A DNA stretch of 64,000 bases, counting the filler, from Asterionella formosa (lineage: Eukaryota): NCBI GenBank assembly GCA_002256025.1. It is 17 parts of 17 records of this genome, joined end to end, with 100 filler letters (N's around TTAATTAATTAA, not from the genome) between each part and the next. Parts side by side here need not be neighbours in the genome. Positions count along the whole stretch, not along the records: positions 47,706 to 49,665 come from NKIB01000763.1; positions 49,766 to 51,724 come from NKIB01000764.1; positions 51,825 to 53,783 come from NKIB01000765.1; positions 53,884 to 55,841 come from NKIB01000766.1; positions 55,942 to 57,899 come from NKIB01000767.1; positions 58,000 to 59,956 come from NKIB01000768.1; positions 60,057 to 62,012 come from NKIB01000769.1; 10 more parts are not named here. The stretch is one strand, 5' to 3'. The notes below the pieces were generated by a model. It made no database searches. It worked only from the letters and a program-made list of their open reading frames with translations, and was not told where the DNA came from. The position numbers and the translations under genes were made by a program. Within the stretch, counting starts at the first letter, position 1. The number at the start of each line of letters is the position of its first letter. This document shows, piece after piece, positions 48,758-61,583 of the stretch.

Positions 48758-49490
48758 CCACTTAAAAACTGTGCACAAGCCACCACTATGATGACTTTTG
48801 AACGGTAAGCCACCGCTAAGCACACAGAGTAAACGCACGGTTTGAACTTGGTTTGCAGATACATTCATTATTGTCACAAAGGAGTTGTTCAGATTTATAT
48901 AGCGAGTAAATACATACAAACTTGTTTTGTTGCATTGTGTAACAACTCAAAGGTTGCTGTTGATGCGAAATTGTAAAAAATGGAAAATTTCATGTTTACT
49001 CTATTGAGCTATCATTGTCTTTTTCTACGAGTGCACTTGTATATGGAGAAATTCATTCCATAGAATTACTTTAGTATTATTAAATGTGTGTACGATGTCA
49101 TTGTGCTTTCGAATACATTATGCATCAAAAGAATTCGGTGATGATGCAAATGCAAAAAGCATACTGCACAAAAAGGTAAAGTAACACGAAAATAATTTCT
49201 GTAGTATAAACGGAGTAAAAATAATCATGGTTTGGGGGGAAAATATACTCATGTATGGCTAGAAAAATATTCACTGTAAGCCACTTCTATGCAACAATCT
49301 TAATGACTTTAAAAAAATTAGATCTTCATGGCTTTATACACTGAATCGAAACTGATTACTTATTCGTTGAGTAGAGTGCATTGTGTTACATACACTTCGT
49401 ACTTGCATCATGTTTCGATTGTAATATTACTTGAATATTTTTAAGTCGGAAGATGGAGTAATATAATGGTGGCTTACAGTTTTTAAGTCG
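48758..49490. mobile_element. 733-bp non-autonomous TIR element flanked by TA
   Basis: TA|CCACTTAAAAACTGT..AAGCCACC ... GGTGGCTTACAGTTTTTAAGTCG|TA. Internal TAAGCCAC sub-repeats. No coding capacity. Confidence 0.85.
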
Positions 49491-49555
49491 TACCCTTTGG
49501 ACGAGGTACCATGGTACCTGGTATATCAGATCTTCGGAGTACGTCGTACCAGGTA

Positions 49556-49662
49556 CCAGCAAGTTGGAGTAATTCTTCGGTAATTGTGCTGAAACTAAAC
49601 GTTTAGCTATCTTTATCCCATATTAAATTGTTTATTTAAGCTAAATGACCGCAATTTGCAGG
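49556..49662. mobile_element. 107-bp MITE with imperfect 10-bp TIRs and TA flanks
   Basis: TA|CCAGCAAGTT...AATTTGCAGG|TA. A second copy lies at 16146-16247. Confidence 0.65.
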
Positions 49663-49765
49663 TACNNNNNNNNNNNNNNNNNNNNNNNNNNNNNNNNNNN
49701 NNNNNNNNNTTAATTAATTAANNNNNNNNNNNNNNNNNNNNNNNNNNNNNNNNNNNNNNNNNNNN

Positions 49766-51424
49766 TAATCTTCCTTTTCATATCTTTAGTGATGCCTCTG
49801 AATATCAATTGGGGTCAGTCATTTTGCAAAATGATCTCCCAGTTGCTTATTATTCTCGCAAATTATCTGCTGCTCAAAAGAATTATACTACTATTGAAAA
49901 AGAATTACTTTCTGTGGTAGAAACCTTCAAAGAATTTCGCTCTATGTTATTGGGTGCAGTTCTAAATGTTCACACTGATCATCGAATCTTATTTATAATA
50001 CTTTGCATACTCAACGTGTTCTAAGGTGGAGACTTAATATTGAAGAATATCATCCTACTTTTCACTATTTGAAAGGAACTGACAATGCTATTGCAGATTC
50101 CATCTCTCGCCTCCTGAGGCTTGAGTCTTTGCTGGGGGATGATATTGGACTGAAATCTCCAGCATCAACATCCATTTCTACCTTTTCAACTGAATTAGAT
50201 GATGAACCTTTGCTTACCTGTTTCCTTAATCATTCAATCTTAACAGACAATATTCAATATCCTCTGGATTATAATTTAATACATGATAGACAATTGCTGG
50301 ATATACAATTGATTCTCAATCAACAAACACATCCGTTAAAATTTCCCTCTATCAATTTTCATGATTTATTTTTAATATGTTTTGTGAAGAATCCAGGAGA
50401 TACTTGGCGTATTGCTATTCCTACATCATTATTGCATTCTATTATTAATTGGTATCATCAGATGTTAGCTCATGTGGGTATGACAAGATTAAATGCTACA
50501 ATTGCTACACATTTTTATCACCCTACATTAAAAGCAAGAGTGGAACATATTGTAAGAGTATGTGAAGCATGTCAACGTACAAAATTACCAGGTACTGGTT
50601 TTGGTGAACTTCCACCCAGGAATGCATTGCTATTACCATGGTCAGAAGTCGCAGTAGATTTAATTGGTCCATGGAAGATAACAGTGGCTACTCAAGCAAT
50701 TGAATTTCGTGCTCTAACTTGTATTGATACGGTCACCAATTTGGCAGAAATTTCATGTATCAATAACAAAACATCAGAATATATTGCAATGAAATTTGAA
50801 AATGATTGGTTAGCCAGATATCCCCGTCCAGAACGTTGTATATATGGCAATGGAGGTGAATTTACTGGTGCTCCTTTCTTACACATGTTGGCGTTGAATG
50901 GAATTAAAGATGTGACTACTACAGTCAAGAATCAACAAGCAAATGCTATCTGTGAACGTTTCTATCATTCTATCAGTAATAGTCTACGAGTTATGTTAAA
51001 GGCTCATCCTCCAAGGAATGAATTTCAAGCCCAAAATATTGTGGATACATGTTTTGCAACTGCATCATATGCAGCTCGAACTACTATTCATAGTATATTA
51101 CGTATTTCACCAGTCGCATGTGTTTTTCAACGTGATATGATATTGAATATTCCATTAATTACAGATTTACAATTGATACATCAACGTTGACAAGTAATAA
51201 TCGACAAACGCTTACGTCGTGTTAATTTCCGTCGTTGATCAAATGATTACAAAGTGGGTGATGAGATTTTGAAACTTTTGGATAATCCTACTACTTTGGA
51301 TGATCGTGGACGAGGTCCTTATACTGTTATTCAAGTACATGCCAATGGTACAGTTACTTTTCAACGCACTAAGCATAATTCAGATTGAATTAATATTCGT
51401 CGTATCAAACCTTTTCATAGGTAA
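49766..51424 (+). mobile_element. Ty3/Gypsy pol fragment (RNase H and integrase), decayed
   Basis: SDASEYQLG...[24 protein letters not shown] zinc finger, AVDLIGPW, NGGEF, NAICER and INIRRIKP. Frameshift near 49990 and stops after 51188. Confidence 0.93.
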
Positions 51425-51824
51425 AAGGTTTTCCCTCAAGTCTAGGAGAGTCTGCGATCCTGCACATCAATACAGATGTATATAGGGTTAGGGTTATATC
51501 AATATATCAGAACTCAACTAACACCTATTGTATACTTTGATGTCAACTTGGGAAACAAGTTGTACATGAGATTAATTAGCTCACCATGAATTCATGAATT
51601 CAACAAATACTCATACTTCTAGTTAGATACTTCACCCCCCTGGTACCTGGAACGCAGTATGATGTTAGAATTTCTTATTATTAGACTATTTCAACAGGTA
51701 TACCGGTATGTCGATAGTCTACTGNNNNNNNNNNNNNNNNNNNNNNNNNNNNNNNNNNNNNNNNNNNNTTAATTAATTAANNNNNNNNNNNNNNNNNNNN
51801 NNNNNNNNNNNNNNNNNNNNNNNN

Positions 51825-51920
51825 TGCGCCATTGCAATTAAGTTGTGCGCCATAATAACTTGTTTATTTAGAGTTGTTTAAGTGCTGGTGCGCCAATCAA
51901 TAAATATTATAACCTAGTGG
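51825..51920. mobile_element. Possible end of another CCACT-terminated element
   Basis: TGCGCCA sub-repeats, then ...AACCTAGTGG|TA CCTGG TA. Confidence 0.4.
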
Positions 51921-52720
51921 TACCTGGTACTGGCATGATAGACTACTAGTAGACCAGCACTGCTGAAATTAAGATCCTTGCGCGAAGGTTTCGACGCAAC
52001 GGAGATTTCCCGGTACCACAAACAAGACAAGCCATACTTACCCGCTTGGGAGAGACCTCACACCGAGGAGACCAGCAGGCGCCAGCAGAAGAGATCAAAA
52101 CTGCTGTGGTTCTTGCTGCGAGTCCAATCCCCCCTATTCTCCCCCCTTGGCCTGGAGTTGACAATTGTGCTGGCACATAAGGGGGAAATTGAAATTCCAG
52201 CCGCACGGCCTTGCATGATTCGGGCAAGGAAGAATATGAAGGGTGGCAGGCTGAGAGGAGAAATATGAAGGAAGCGACGAAACAAGGAGGCGGAAGCGGA
52301 AGCAGAAGCGGAAGCGGAAGCGGAGCAAGGTGGAGAAGCAAACAAGCAATCAAACAAAAAATTCTCGCTTGGTTGACATCTGTCATAGTAGTAATACCAA
52401 ACCAGTAGCCTGATGTAAGCAGAACACTAATTAGTGACGAACGTAAATAATCCCTATATAAATCTTTATCAAACCATCATCAAAACGAATGTAAGTAAGA
52501 TTATTGACACAAAAACTGAAATAATATTTGAGTTAAAAGGCAAACGCATTATTATTTCAGTTTTAAAAAATGAAAACAATTAATAATAAATGGGTAGATG
52601 ATGCAACAGACAAATAATATTGTGGCAGGAAAAAGCTTTAGAGTGAACAATAGGGTAATCGAAACCAGAATTTGAATATAAAATTTTCTTCAGGTACGTA
52701 GTAAAAAATATGTATTGATA

Positions 52721-53783
52721 CATCTAAGACGCCGTTTACGGCACTTTTTCGAATTTATGTGTAAAGTGACGTATTTATGCTACTTTTTTAAAATATTATG
52801 TTACTTTTCTAAAATATTATGTTACTTTTTTGAAATATTATGCTACTTTTTCCCTAATTTATTCGGGTTAAACAAAAATTTATTTCACTTATCGAATAAT
52901 TATGTGATCACACCAATAATTATGTGTGTTCGTGACAATATATGTTGACCAACTAGCCATCGCAACAGTTTAAAAGCGAAATTATGCTGCTCTGCCGCAA
53001 TATTATGCTGCTTTCACCATATAATGAACGAAAGAGTCGCCAATTCCGATACACTTATTATTTTTTCCGCTCCGACATATCACTTTGATCTGAACTGGCA
53101 AAGAATAACACATGCAAGAGGAAGATTCACACTGTAGAATTCAGCACACGTAGTAGTAGTAGTTGATGTTGTAGACACATAATTAAGTCATTGTTGATTG
53201 TAGAGATTACAATAGCCTGCCAGATTGGAAATAAAGCACTGTTGGTCCTCGTTGAGCATCGTTTAGCATTGCATGTCGCCGTAGCTAGTGAGTCAAAATT
53301 GAGATGCGCCGCAATGGCCTTCTCCGTTTCGGAGCAGCTACAAATAGTCTGCAGCAATAAGTCGAGCAAGTACAATATAGAAAAAGAAGGAAAGGATGCT
53401 GAGTAGCTGACAATAAGGAATTGAATCCGTTATTTCGTTAAGAAACAGCTGTTGCATATTTCAACCTTGGATGTCGCCGTAGTGAGTCAAAATTGAGATG
53501 TGCCGCAATGGCCTTCTCCGTTTCGGAGCAGCTACAAATAGTCTACAGCGATAACTCTAGCAAGTACAATATAGAAAAAGAAGGAAAGGATGCTGAGTAG
53601 CTGACAATAAGGAATTGAATCCGTTATTTCGTTCAGAAACAGCTGTTGCATATTTTAACCTTGCATGTCGCCGTAGTGAGTCAAAATTGAGATGTGCCGC
53701 AATGGCCTTCTCCGTTTCGGAGCAGCTACAAATAGTCTACAGCAATAAGTCGAGCAAGTACAATATAGAAATAGAAGGAAAGG
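52721..53783. mobile_element. 'CATCTAAG' terminus with 21-bp subterminal repeats leading into the 194-bp satellite
   Basis: TA|CATCTAAGACGCC. AAATATTATGTTACTTTT units at ~52775-52850. The satellite starts at ~53270 and runs to the contig end. Confidence 0.7.
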
Positions 53784-54078
53784 NNNNNNNNNNNNNNNNN
53801 NNNNNNNNNNNNNNNNNNNNNNNNNNNTTAATTAATTAANNNNNNNNNNNNNNNNNNNNNNNNNNNNNNNNNNNNNNNNNNNNCATCCTTCTTTTTGGAG
53901 CAGCTACAAATACTCGAAAGAGCGATAACTCTAGCAAGTACAATATAGAAAAAGAAGGAAAGAATGAGTTGCTGTCAACAATTGAATTAGTAAATCAGTA
54001 ATATTAGTAATAATTTTGGTTCCTAGTTCATTTGCCCTTTGACAATGGTCAATTCGTCAAAATTGAAATTGATTTTCA

Positions 54079-55841
54079 CTAAACTGGAGTGAAGTTCAAT
54101 TCTCTTCCATCATCTTTCATTGACCGTTTGAAATACTCATATTCACTCCTAGTTTCATTTGCCACCTTGATTCTTTCATCTGTTGTCTCCACTGATTCTT
54201 CGTCTAATTTGCTTTTCTTGAACCTGTAAAAGTCCCTGTGCAACTTTACGTAGATCTTCTTCTTAGCCACTTTGTATTTCCTCTCGCCCTTTGCTGCAAC
54301 CTCCTCGAATTTTTTAATGTAGCTCTCGTCATTCATCATCCCTTCTTTAATTTCATCTCCAAAAAGGTCTGGGGGTGCAATGTTCTGATCAATACAAGCC
54401 TTATAAATTTCACTCTTTTTCTTCATCCGAAGCTCCACATACATCTTTTTCTTCATCTCTTGGAAGTACCAATCTGTGGCACCCTTGACTTGGTCTGGGG
54501 GAAAGTGAATAATCACGTTCAAACTCTTTGTACTCTTTGAACTCTTAGCACTCTTAGTACTACCAGTTGTTATCTTTGAAGTTCTTCCTGAAATAACTTG
54601 TGGAGTCAATCCACTGATAGAAGATGCCGGAGTTGTGCTTACTGGAAGAGAAATGGCCACTAGATCATTACGAACTCTAATGGCAGGCACACTGTTGTTC
54701 CCTGGCGTAACTTCAATGAAAAATTCCATCAGTTAGTCAATATTTTCCATTAACATCAGTTCAACAATTCCACTTTGTTCACTTCCCCGAAGTGACTAAC
54801 CTTGTGGAACTCCGGCCAAAACAAGAAGATTGGACTTAAAGCTGATCTCCAACTGCCTGCTCATGGCAGTTGTCCTTTGATGAACAACTATGTCATACAG
54901 ACTGTTGAACCTGGCATATCCCTTTGCGTTCCCAGCCCCCATATCTCTTTCCCTGTCCTCCAGTACCGGTATAAACGTATTTTGGTGCAGCAGGAGTATC
55001 ATCTTCATGACCTTTTATCATTGCCTTATGCAACCAGACATCCCAACAATTCTCCAAGACCAACAATGAAAAAACCTCGTCAGAAACACTAACAATGTCA
55101 CTGACGTGCTTCTTAGCACACTGTCGTTTCCAAGACAGCTTTCGCCCAACCCTGGAATAAAAGTACTCAACTAGAAGGAATAAAGGATGATTCTTGGTTC
55201 CTTCTCCATCAGCTGTCTCCTGAATAGAAACAGAACGGCTGTTGGAGATGGTATGCTTATTCAGATGAATGTGCATACCATCACGAAAAAGTCCTGAAGT
55301 TTTGCAGATTGGAATGGAATGATTTGTAAGTAGTAAACAATGAGTATATTAACCAAGTCAAGAACAAACCAGGCATACCACCAAGTCAAGTTGTTTACTT
55401 ACTAGCAAAGGCATGTTTGAGAGTGGTAACAACGGCATTTCTTTTCTCAGACATCACTTTATTAATATCATTCTTATATGTCTGCCAAATTGACTCGAAG
55501 TCCTTATCGGTTCCCATGAATAGACTTGGGAAGTGAGCACGAAATGAGAGTGCCAGACTAGTTGGTCCCCTTTCATCAAGTTCAATATCACCTGTGATAA
55601 CTTGACTTTTGGGAAAAGTTCAAGTTTGACCCATTGACCAACATTTCGGTTCCAATGCTTGTCTCTTCCAATGCCATGGCCACCAGAAAGTTGAAGTCTT
55701 TGCTTCTCCGTTACTTCCCGAAGCTCTTCAATCTCTTTTCTACTTTTCTTCAACTCAGATTGAAGAAACTCTAAGGAAAGGTTTGTTTCAATTCCCTTGT
55801 GATCAGAAATAGTCGAAATGTTTTTCTTACCATCAGTTGAT
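54079..55841 (-). pseudogene. Frameshifted transposon-associated gene(s) ending next to the satellite
   Basis: WVKLELFPKVK...; SDEVFSLLVLENCWDVW...PKY...YGGW..KG.ARFNSLY; then the 216-aa ORF 54729-54079. The 3' end is duplicated at 41233-41424. Confidence 0.55.
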
Positions 55842-55941
55842 NNNNNNNNNNNNNNNNNNNNNNNNNNNNNNNNNNNNNNNNNNNNTTAATTAATTAANNN
55901 NNNNNNNNNNNNNNNNNNNNNNNNNNNNNNNNNNNNNNNNN

Positions 55942-57899
55942 TACAGCAGGGAAATAGACGCAGCATCAGTAAGGCACTGTCTCGCACACGATTCAGAAAA
56001 GAGGAAGAAATTGGCGAGACAGGAACAATATACATTGAGCTGAGTAGAGAGAGAAACGTTGGGTCGCTCGCATGTAGATTAATAGATAGCATTGCTTAAC
56101 TTGATAGTTAAATTACGATCCATTTCAATCTATTTTGAACAATGCTTGTGATTAGAATTATGATCATGTTTAAGATAGATTTACGATGAAACAATTCACA
56201 TGATAGCATAGAGTTGAGCTGGTTTTTAGGATACGTTGTAAATATAATTTACATCGGGCAATCACAAGAAGTGAAAATAATATGAGAAGGTTTATGATAT
56301 TGATGGGAAATGCTGTTGATCAGTTTATATACATTGTGTGATGATAATTTTTTTATTATCATTATACTTTAAGGTCGGTAAAATATTAATAAATCATCAT
56401 AGTTACAAGATACCTTGATCATATTTTGATCCAAAAATTATCATAAATACGAAAATCCTGTGCCACTTAGCGTACGATACCCTTGATCCTATATGCATGA
56501 TACTTTTTATTTGCAGACGTATGTATTGCAAAAAATGTGTTAATAAATTTGTAAAAGAAGATTGCAAAAAATTACTTCGTGACTTTGTAACTTACTTTAC
56601 ATCAAATAGACAACAAAAACTGTCCATTGAACAGCAATGTGAAGCATTTCTGGAGCAGGATGTGTTTGACTTTCCGATTTCAACAATGAAACAACCGTTG
56701 ATTCTTGTCTCTACCAAAAATTACGGCTTAGCAAGCGAATTCAAAGTCTCCTGTTTGACCTGTCAGAAACTGATTTCTAAACTCAAATCTGCAAGAAGCA
56801 ACAGCGATGGAGAAATAAATGATGTGATAAAAAATAACGCAATAGAAGCAAAACAATTTTTTATCTACAAACAGTTTATTTTGGGTTGTCACAAAGCCGG
56901 AATGGGACTGGCAGATGCAGATATCATCTGCTCCGCAATGAATCTTCCACTTACCTTTGGATTTTGGTCTACTCAAGCAAGGTAACTTTTGTGCAGTAGA
57001 GGAACTGGTAGGAAACGCTAAAGTTACTTCAACCGTTCTTGTAATGAAAGAGGCGTGTAAGGAGGAAATATATCGGACACTCAATGTGCATAAACGAGGA
57101 GACTGGGCTGACAAAGGACGTGATTTTCAGTGGTGGAACAGTTTGAATGGTACGGATTGCTTGCCTGTACTGAATATGCCTTGACTCACTGTTAGTTACT
57201 ACGATATCGGCTGGCAGCAGCAGCGGTCCAGCGGGAATAAGTACAACTCTGTAAGTGGACATGCTTTTTGTATTGGCGGCTACACGAAAAAGATACTAGA
57301 CTACAGAGTGAAATCTAAGGTCTGTAATGTGTGCGACAGGGCTATACGGTACAAGAAACCAATCAAGGAACATGTTTGTCCCAAGAATCATGTAACTGGT
57401 AGTTCGAAAGCAATGGAACCAGATGCTGGTGTAGAAATGATGATTGATGCAGTAATGAAAAACAATGTTATCTACTCTACAATCATCTGTGATGATGATT
57501 CTACTATTCGAGCTGTTTCTAAGTGGTCCTATAAGGAGTTATTGAAACTACAGCCATCCTTCCAATGGCCAAGAACATTGAAAGGATTAAAAAAATCGGA
57601 CAAAGGATGCCTTCCACTGACTGTACCCGAACCTACATTTCTGTCTGACCCATCCCACAGAGTACGGGTCCTTCTCCACCCAGCTTTTATGAAATCCAAT
57701 GACCCGGTCTCCCTCGAGCGTCCCTCAAAAGCAGATTGTCTCTGGTTGAAAGTTTACTATGGCGCTTGGATTAAAAAACCGGAACCTCTCTCTCAGGAGT
57801 CATTACCAGCATAGCCAGATCGGAGATTCAATTCACCTGGGAGTGTGTTTGTGGTTGCTGCTGTGAGAAATTCATAGATGGGTTTCAGATTTGTCCTGG
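55942..57899 (+). mobile_element. Disrupted PF20700-type DDE transposase, copy B
   Basis: Same motifs as copy A plus FLSDPSHRVR. Stop at ~57182 and a frameshift near 56960-56985. Confidence 0.8.
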
Positions 57900-57999
57900 N
57901 NNNNNNNNNNNNNNNNNNNNNNNNNNNNNNNNNNNNNNNNNNNTTAATTAATTAANNNNNNNNNNNNNNNNNNNNNNNNNNNNNNNNNNNNNNNNNNNN

Positions 58000-59956
58000 G
58001 GAATTGCTTCGTCTCCACTACCGGCTTGGCCATCTGCCCTTCAGCCAACTGCGGAGCATGGCTGCTACCGGATTTCTTCCCAAGAGACTCTTGCAGGCCC
58101 GCATTCCCAAATGCGCTGCCTGCATGTATGGAAAGGCGACTCGAAGGGCGTGGAGGTCAAAAGCACCACCAAGCAAGGTGGGGGGCGGAACGGCGACTTT
58201 CCCTGGGCAGTGCGTCTCCGTGGACCAGATGCAGTCCCCTACACCAGGGCTGATTGGGCAACTCAAAGGAGTTCCCACCACTCAGCGATATATGGCCGCA
58301 ACGATCTTTGTTGACCATTTCAGCCGCCTTTCATTTGTCCACTTGCAGCGATCGCTGACCTCGGATGACACCGTGAAGGCAAAAAGGGCCTTCGAGCGAT
58401 ACTGCGAGTCACACGGCGTGAAGGTGATGCACTACCATGCTGACAACGGTCGATTTGCGGACACGCTGTTCTTGCAGGACATTGCCGAGCAGCGCCAGAG
58501 AATTTCGTATTGTGGTGTCAACGCACATTTTCAAAATGGTGTGGCAGAGAAACGAATTAGGGACTTACAGGACTTGGCGCGTACTGCGTTATTGCACGCC
58601 ACTGCCCGATGGCCACGAGTCATGTCAAATTGTCTGTGGCCATATGCACTGCGTGCGGCTAATGATGCACTTATTAGCGCTCCGCGTCGTGTGGACGGAA
58701 GGTCCACCGCAAGCGTGTTTTCCCGGACTGACGTGTCCCCTAAGTTGGGGTCATTTCGCCGTTTTGGGTGCCCTACGTACGTTCTGACTAACGAGCTGGC
58801 TGCCGGGAAACACATACCTAAATGGTTTAAGAGAGCGAGGGTAGGCTTGTATCTAGGGCAGTCCCCACAGCATGCCCGGTCCGTTGCTCTAGTGTTAAAC
58901 ATATCGACGGGGCTGGTGTCACCGCAATTTCATGTTGCGTTCGACGACCTCTTCGAAACCGTGGGAACCAAGGAGGATGTATATGAGATTGGCTGGCTCT
59001 CCGCCACGCATTTCTCCGAGAAGTCGTCCGGAGCCAAAGGATCACGAGGGCGCACCAAGCCGGTCGTCGTGGACAGTTTAAGTCAAGAGATTTTCCCGCC
59101 CCCTCTCCTCCTCTCCCCACAGGGACCGCCACCCCTGGTTATTCCAGTCGTAAATGAGGATGGGGTCCCACATGAGGCTCTCCTGGATACTTCTGAGGTG
59201 ATGCTGGAGGAAACCGGGGCAGGACTCCCACTCCTTGCGTCACAGGAGTCCGCCTCTTCAGGAGTGCGTTGGTCACAACGACACAAGCCGTCACGCCGGT
59301 TACAAGAGAGTGTTGAACAGGGCCTGCTGTGCAAGGCATCGGCGCTCGAGGATGTGGATGGGGATGAAGAGTATCACCTGCAGGTTATGATGGAAGACCC
59401 AATTGCATTCGCAGCAAGATCATCCGATCCTGATACGTTACGCGCTGACCAGGCTCTAAGGGAGCCAGACAGAAAGCAGTTTATAGCCGCCATGGAAGCC
59501 GAGGTCATGGCGCATCACAATAATCAACATTGGAAGGTGATTCCGAAGTCAGCCGTGCCACTCGGAACTAAAGTTCTGCCATGTGTGTGGGCGATGAAGA
59601 GGAAACGCCGGATAGCCTCAAGGGAGGTGTACAAGTGGAAGGCCAGGCTAAATCTGCATGGCGGGAAACAGGAACATGGGGTGAACTACTGGGAGACCTA
59701 TGCGGCTACCCTGTCATGGCCACCCATCCGCTTTATGTTGGTCCTGTCCTTAATGCATGGATGGAGTACCAGGCAGATAGATTTTACACTTGCGTACCCG
59801 CAGGCCGACGTGGAATGCGACTTATATATGGAAATCCCGCATGGGTTCGAGCTACCGGAGGGGGGTCGAAATGGTCATTGTCTCAAGATTCTGAAGAACA
59901 TTTATGGTCAGAGACAGGCAGGTCGTACTTGGTCCTTGCATTTGACTAAGGGGCTA
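58000..59956 (+). mobile_element. Ty1/Copia (CoDi-type) pol internal fragment: integrase and start of RT, uninterrupted
   Basis: HYRLGH..CAAC, VSVDQ, HADNGRF, NGVAEKRIR, then WAMKRKR...KARLN, QIDFTLAYPQA and IYGQRQAG. The integrase-before-RT order is Copia-type. Confidence 0.96.
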
Positions 59957-60056
59957 NNNNNNNNNNNNNNNNNNNNNNNNNNNNNNNNNNNNNNNNNNNN
60001 TTAATTAATTAANNNNNNNNNNNNNNNNNNNNNNNNNNNNNNNNNNNNNNNNNNNN

Positions 60057-61583
60057 AATAATTGCGCACATGATTGGTTGACCATTGGCTGCAGTGAATC
60101 CTAGGACAGTAAAGTGTGCATCTTTGGTCGAGGCCCGGATTTGAGGACGGCCACCTGCAATGCAAAGAAATTTTTCGCCACCAACGTTGCCATCTTTTGT
60201 TTGGGATGTATTGGAACCAACTTCGTCCACAAAGAGGAGACGGTCAGGTCTGATTAGCTCATATTCACTTGCTAACCCAAACGCTTCCTGCTCCTCAACT
60301 ACTAACCCTTCTTTTGAGTACCATTGTTTGCTTGGGTTTCGTCTTGCAACTCCTCCAGCCACCATTTCTTTATAGACGTCTTTATACATTGACAAGAAGG
60401 ACTGGTAAGTACACCAATCTGCATATTTGCTCTCAAACTTTACTCCCTTCTTTGCTGTAACTAACTGTGCATTTCTTTTCATAAATCCTTTCCAATAGGA
60501 TTTCCCAAGTTCAGGCTTTTTGTTGATTTGGAATGGAATGCAATTTGTTTCTCTCCAATTGTTCACCTTTGCCATAGTTTCAGTACCAGCAATCAAAGAG
60601 TTGGCAAGCATCAGTCCATCAGAAACAGAGATTGGGACCCTCATTTTTGCAAGTTGTTGAATGAGTCCAACAAGATAAGGTTCAATCTCATTCATTGGTG
60701 ATTGATGTCCATGTTTGCTAATATGATGCTGACCATTCTGAACCTCACCACTCTTCTTTATTTTGATTGCTGCTCTGCTTCTGACTGTTTCAAAACTAAT
60801 CTTCACATTAGCAGGTATTCCATTCCTTTCCTTGGCAGCATCAATGTTCAAAGAAATTGTTCCTTTGGAGGTACGTTTGTTGTTATTTTTGCTGTCTAGC
60901 ATTTTATTCATGTACTCATCTGTTGCTTCACTCAATGCTTTTTGCATCTGGGATTTTTTGCTAATGGTGGCAGCAATGGTGGCACCTTTGGGCCGTCCAC
61001 CAACAGTTGTATTACTCATGTCCTCCTTGTTTGTTTTCGTTGTGTTTGTATTTGCCTCCAAACTTCCCCAGGTAAGCACACCATTGTTTCCAGTTTCATA
61101 TGCCAAAGTGCCCATTGTAAACTGACTATTATAATGCTCACTCACACCTTCATTGTTGTCATCTTCTTCCTCCTTGACAATTTCATATGAATTATGAATG
61201 AGATTGCTGGGAAATAACAAGGCAAAGCTTCCATCAGCATTCAAGAATTAGGTTTTAGTAGGGCCACAATGGTCAGGTTTCAATGTAGACACCATGGTTG
61301 CAGTTGATGGTTGAAAGAGGGACGAACCAGAAGTAGTATACATAGTAGTACTAGACTTAACTTCTAGTTTAGCACTTCGTTTTAGTTCATTCTTCACTTG
61401 GTTAACAGATATCCAAGGGAAAATGCATTGCTTAGCTGATACTGTCCTAGAAATAGCACCATAAGGCATTTTTCCACCATTGTTAGCCTTCTTAGCTTCT
61501 AGCTCCCTAATCACATTGTTAAGACAAATCTGAACACTGACCAACTCTTCAGGAGACAATTTCTGCCTTTCGAGGCAAGACAT
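60057..61583 (-). mobile_element. pogo/Tc1-mariner-like transposase 5' part (HTH plus first Asp of DDE), with one in-frame stop
   Basis: IEPYLV..I.QLAKMR.P, YWKGFMKRN, LFVDEVGSN and HFTVLGFTAANGQPIMCAII. The ORFs 61583-61248 and 61244-60057 are in the same frame. Confidence 0.8.

Noticed and set aside
51946..52408. GC-rich ORFs with a (GCGGAA)n repeat
   Set aside because: Coding-like but interrupted by stops, with no identifiable family.
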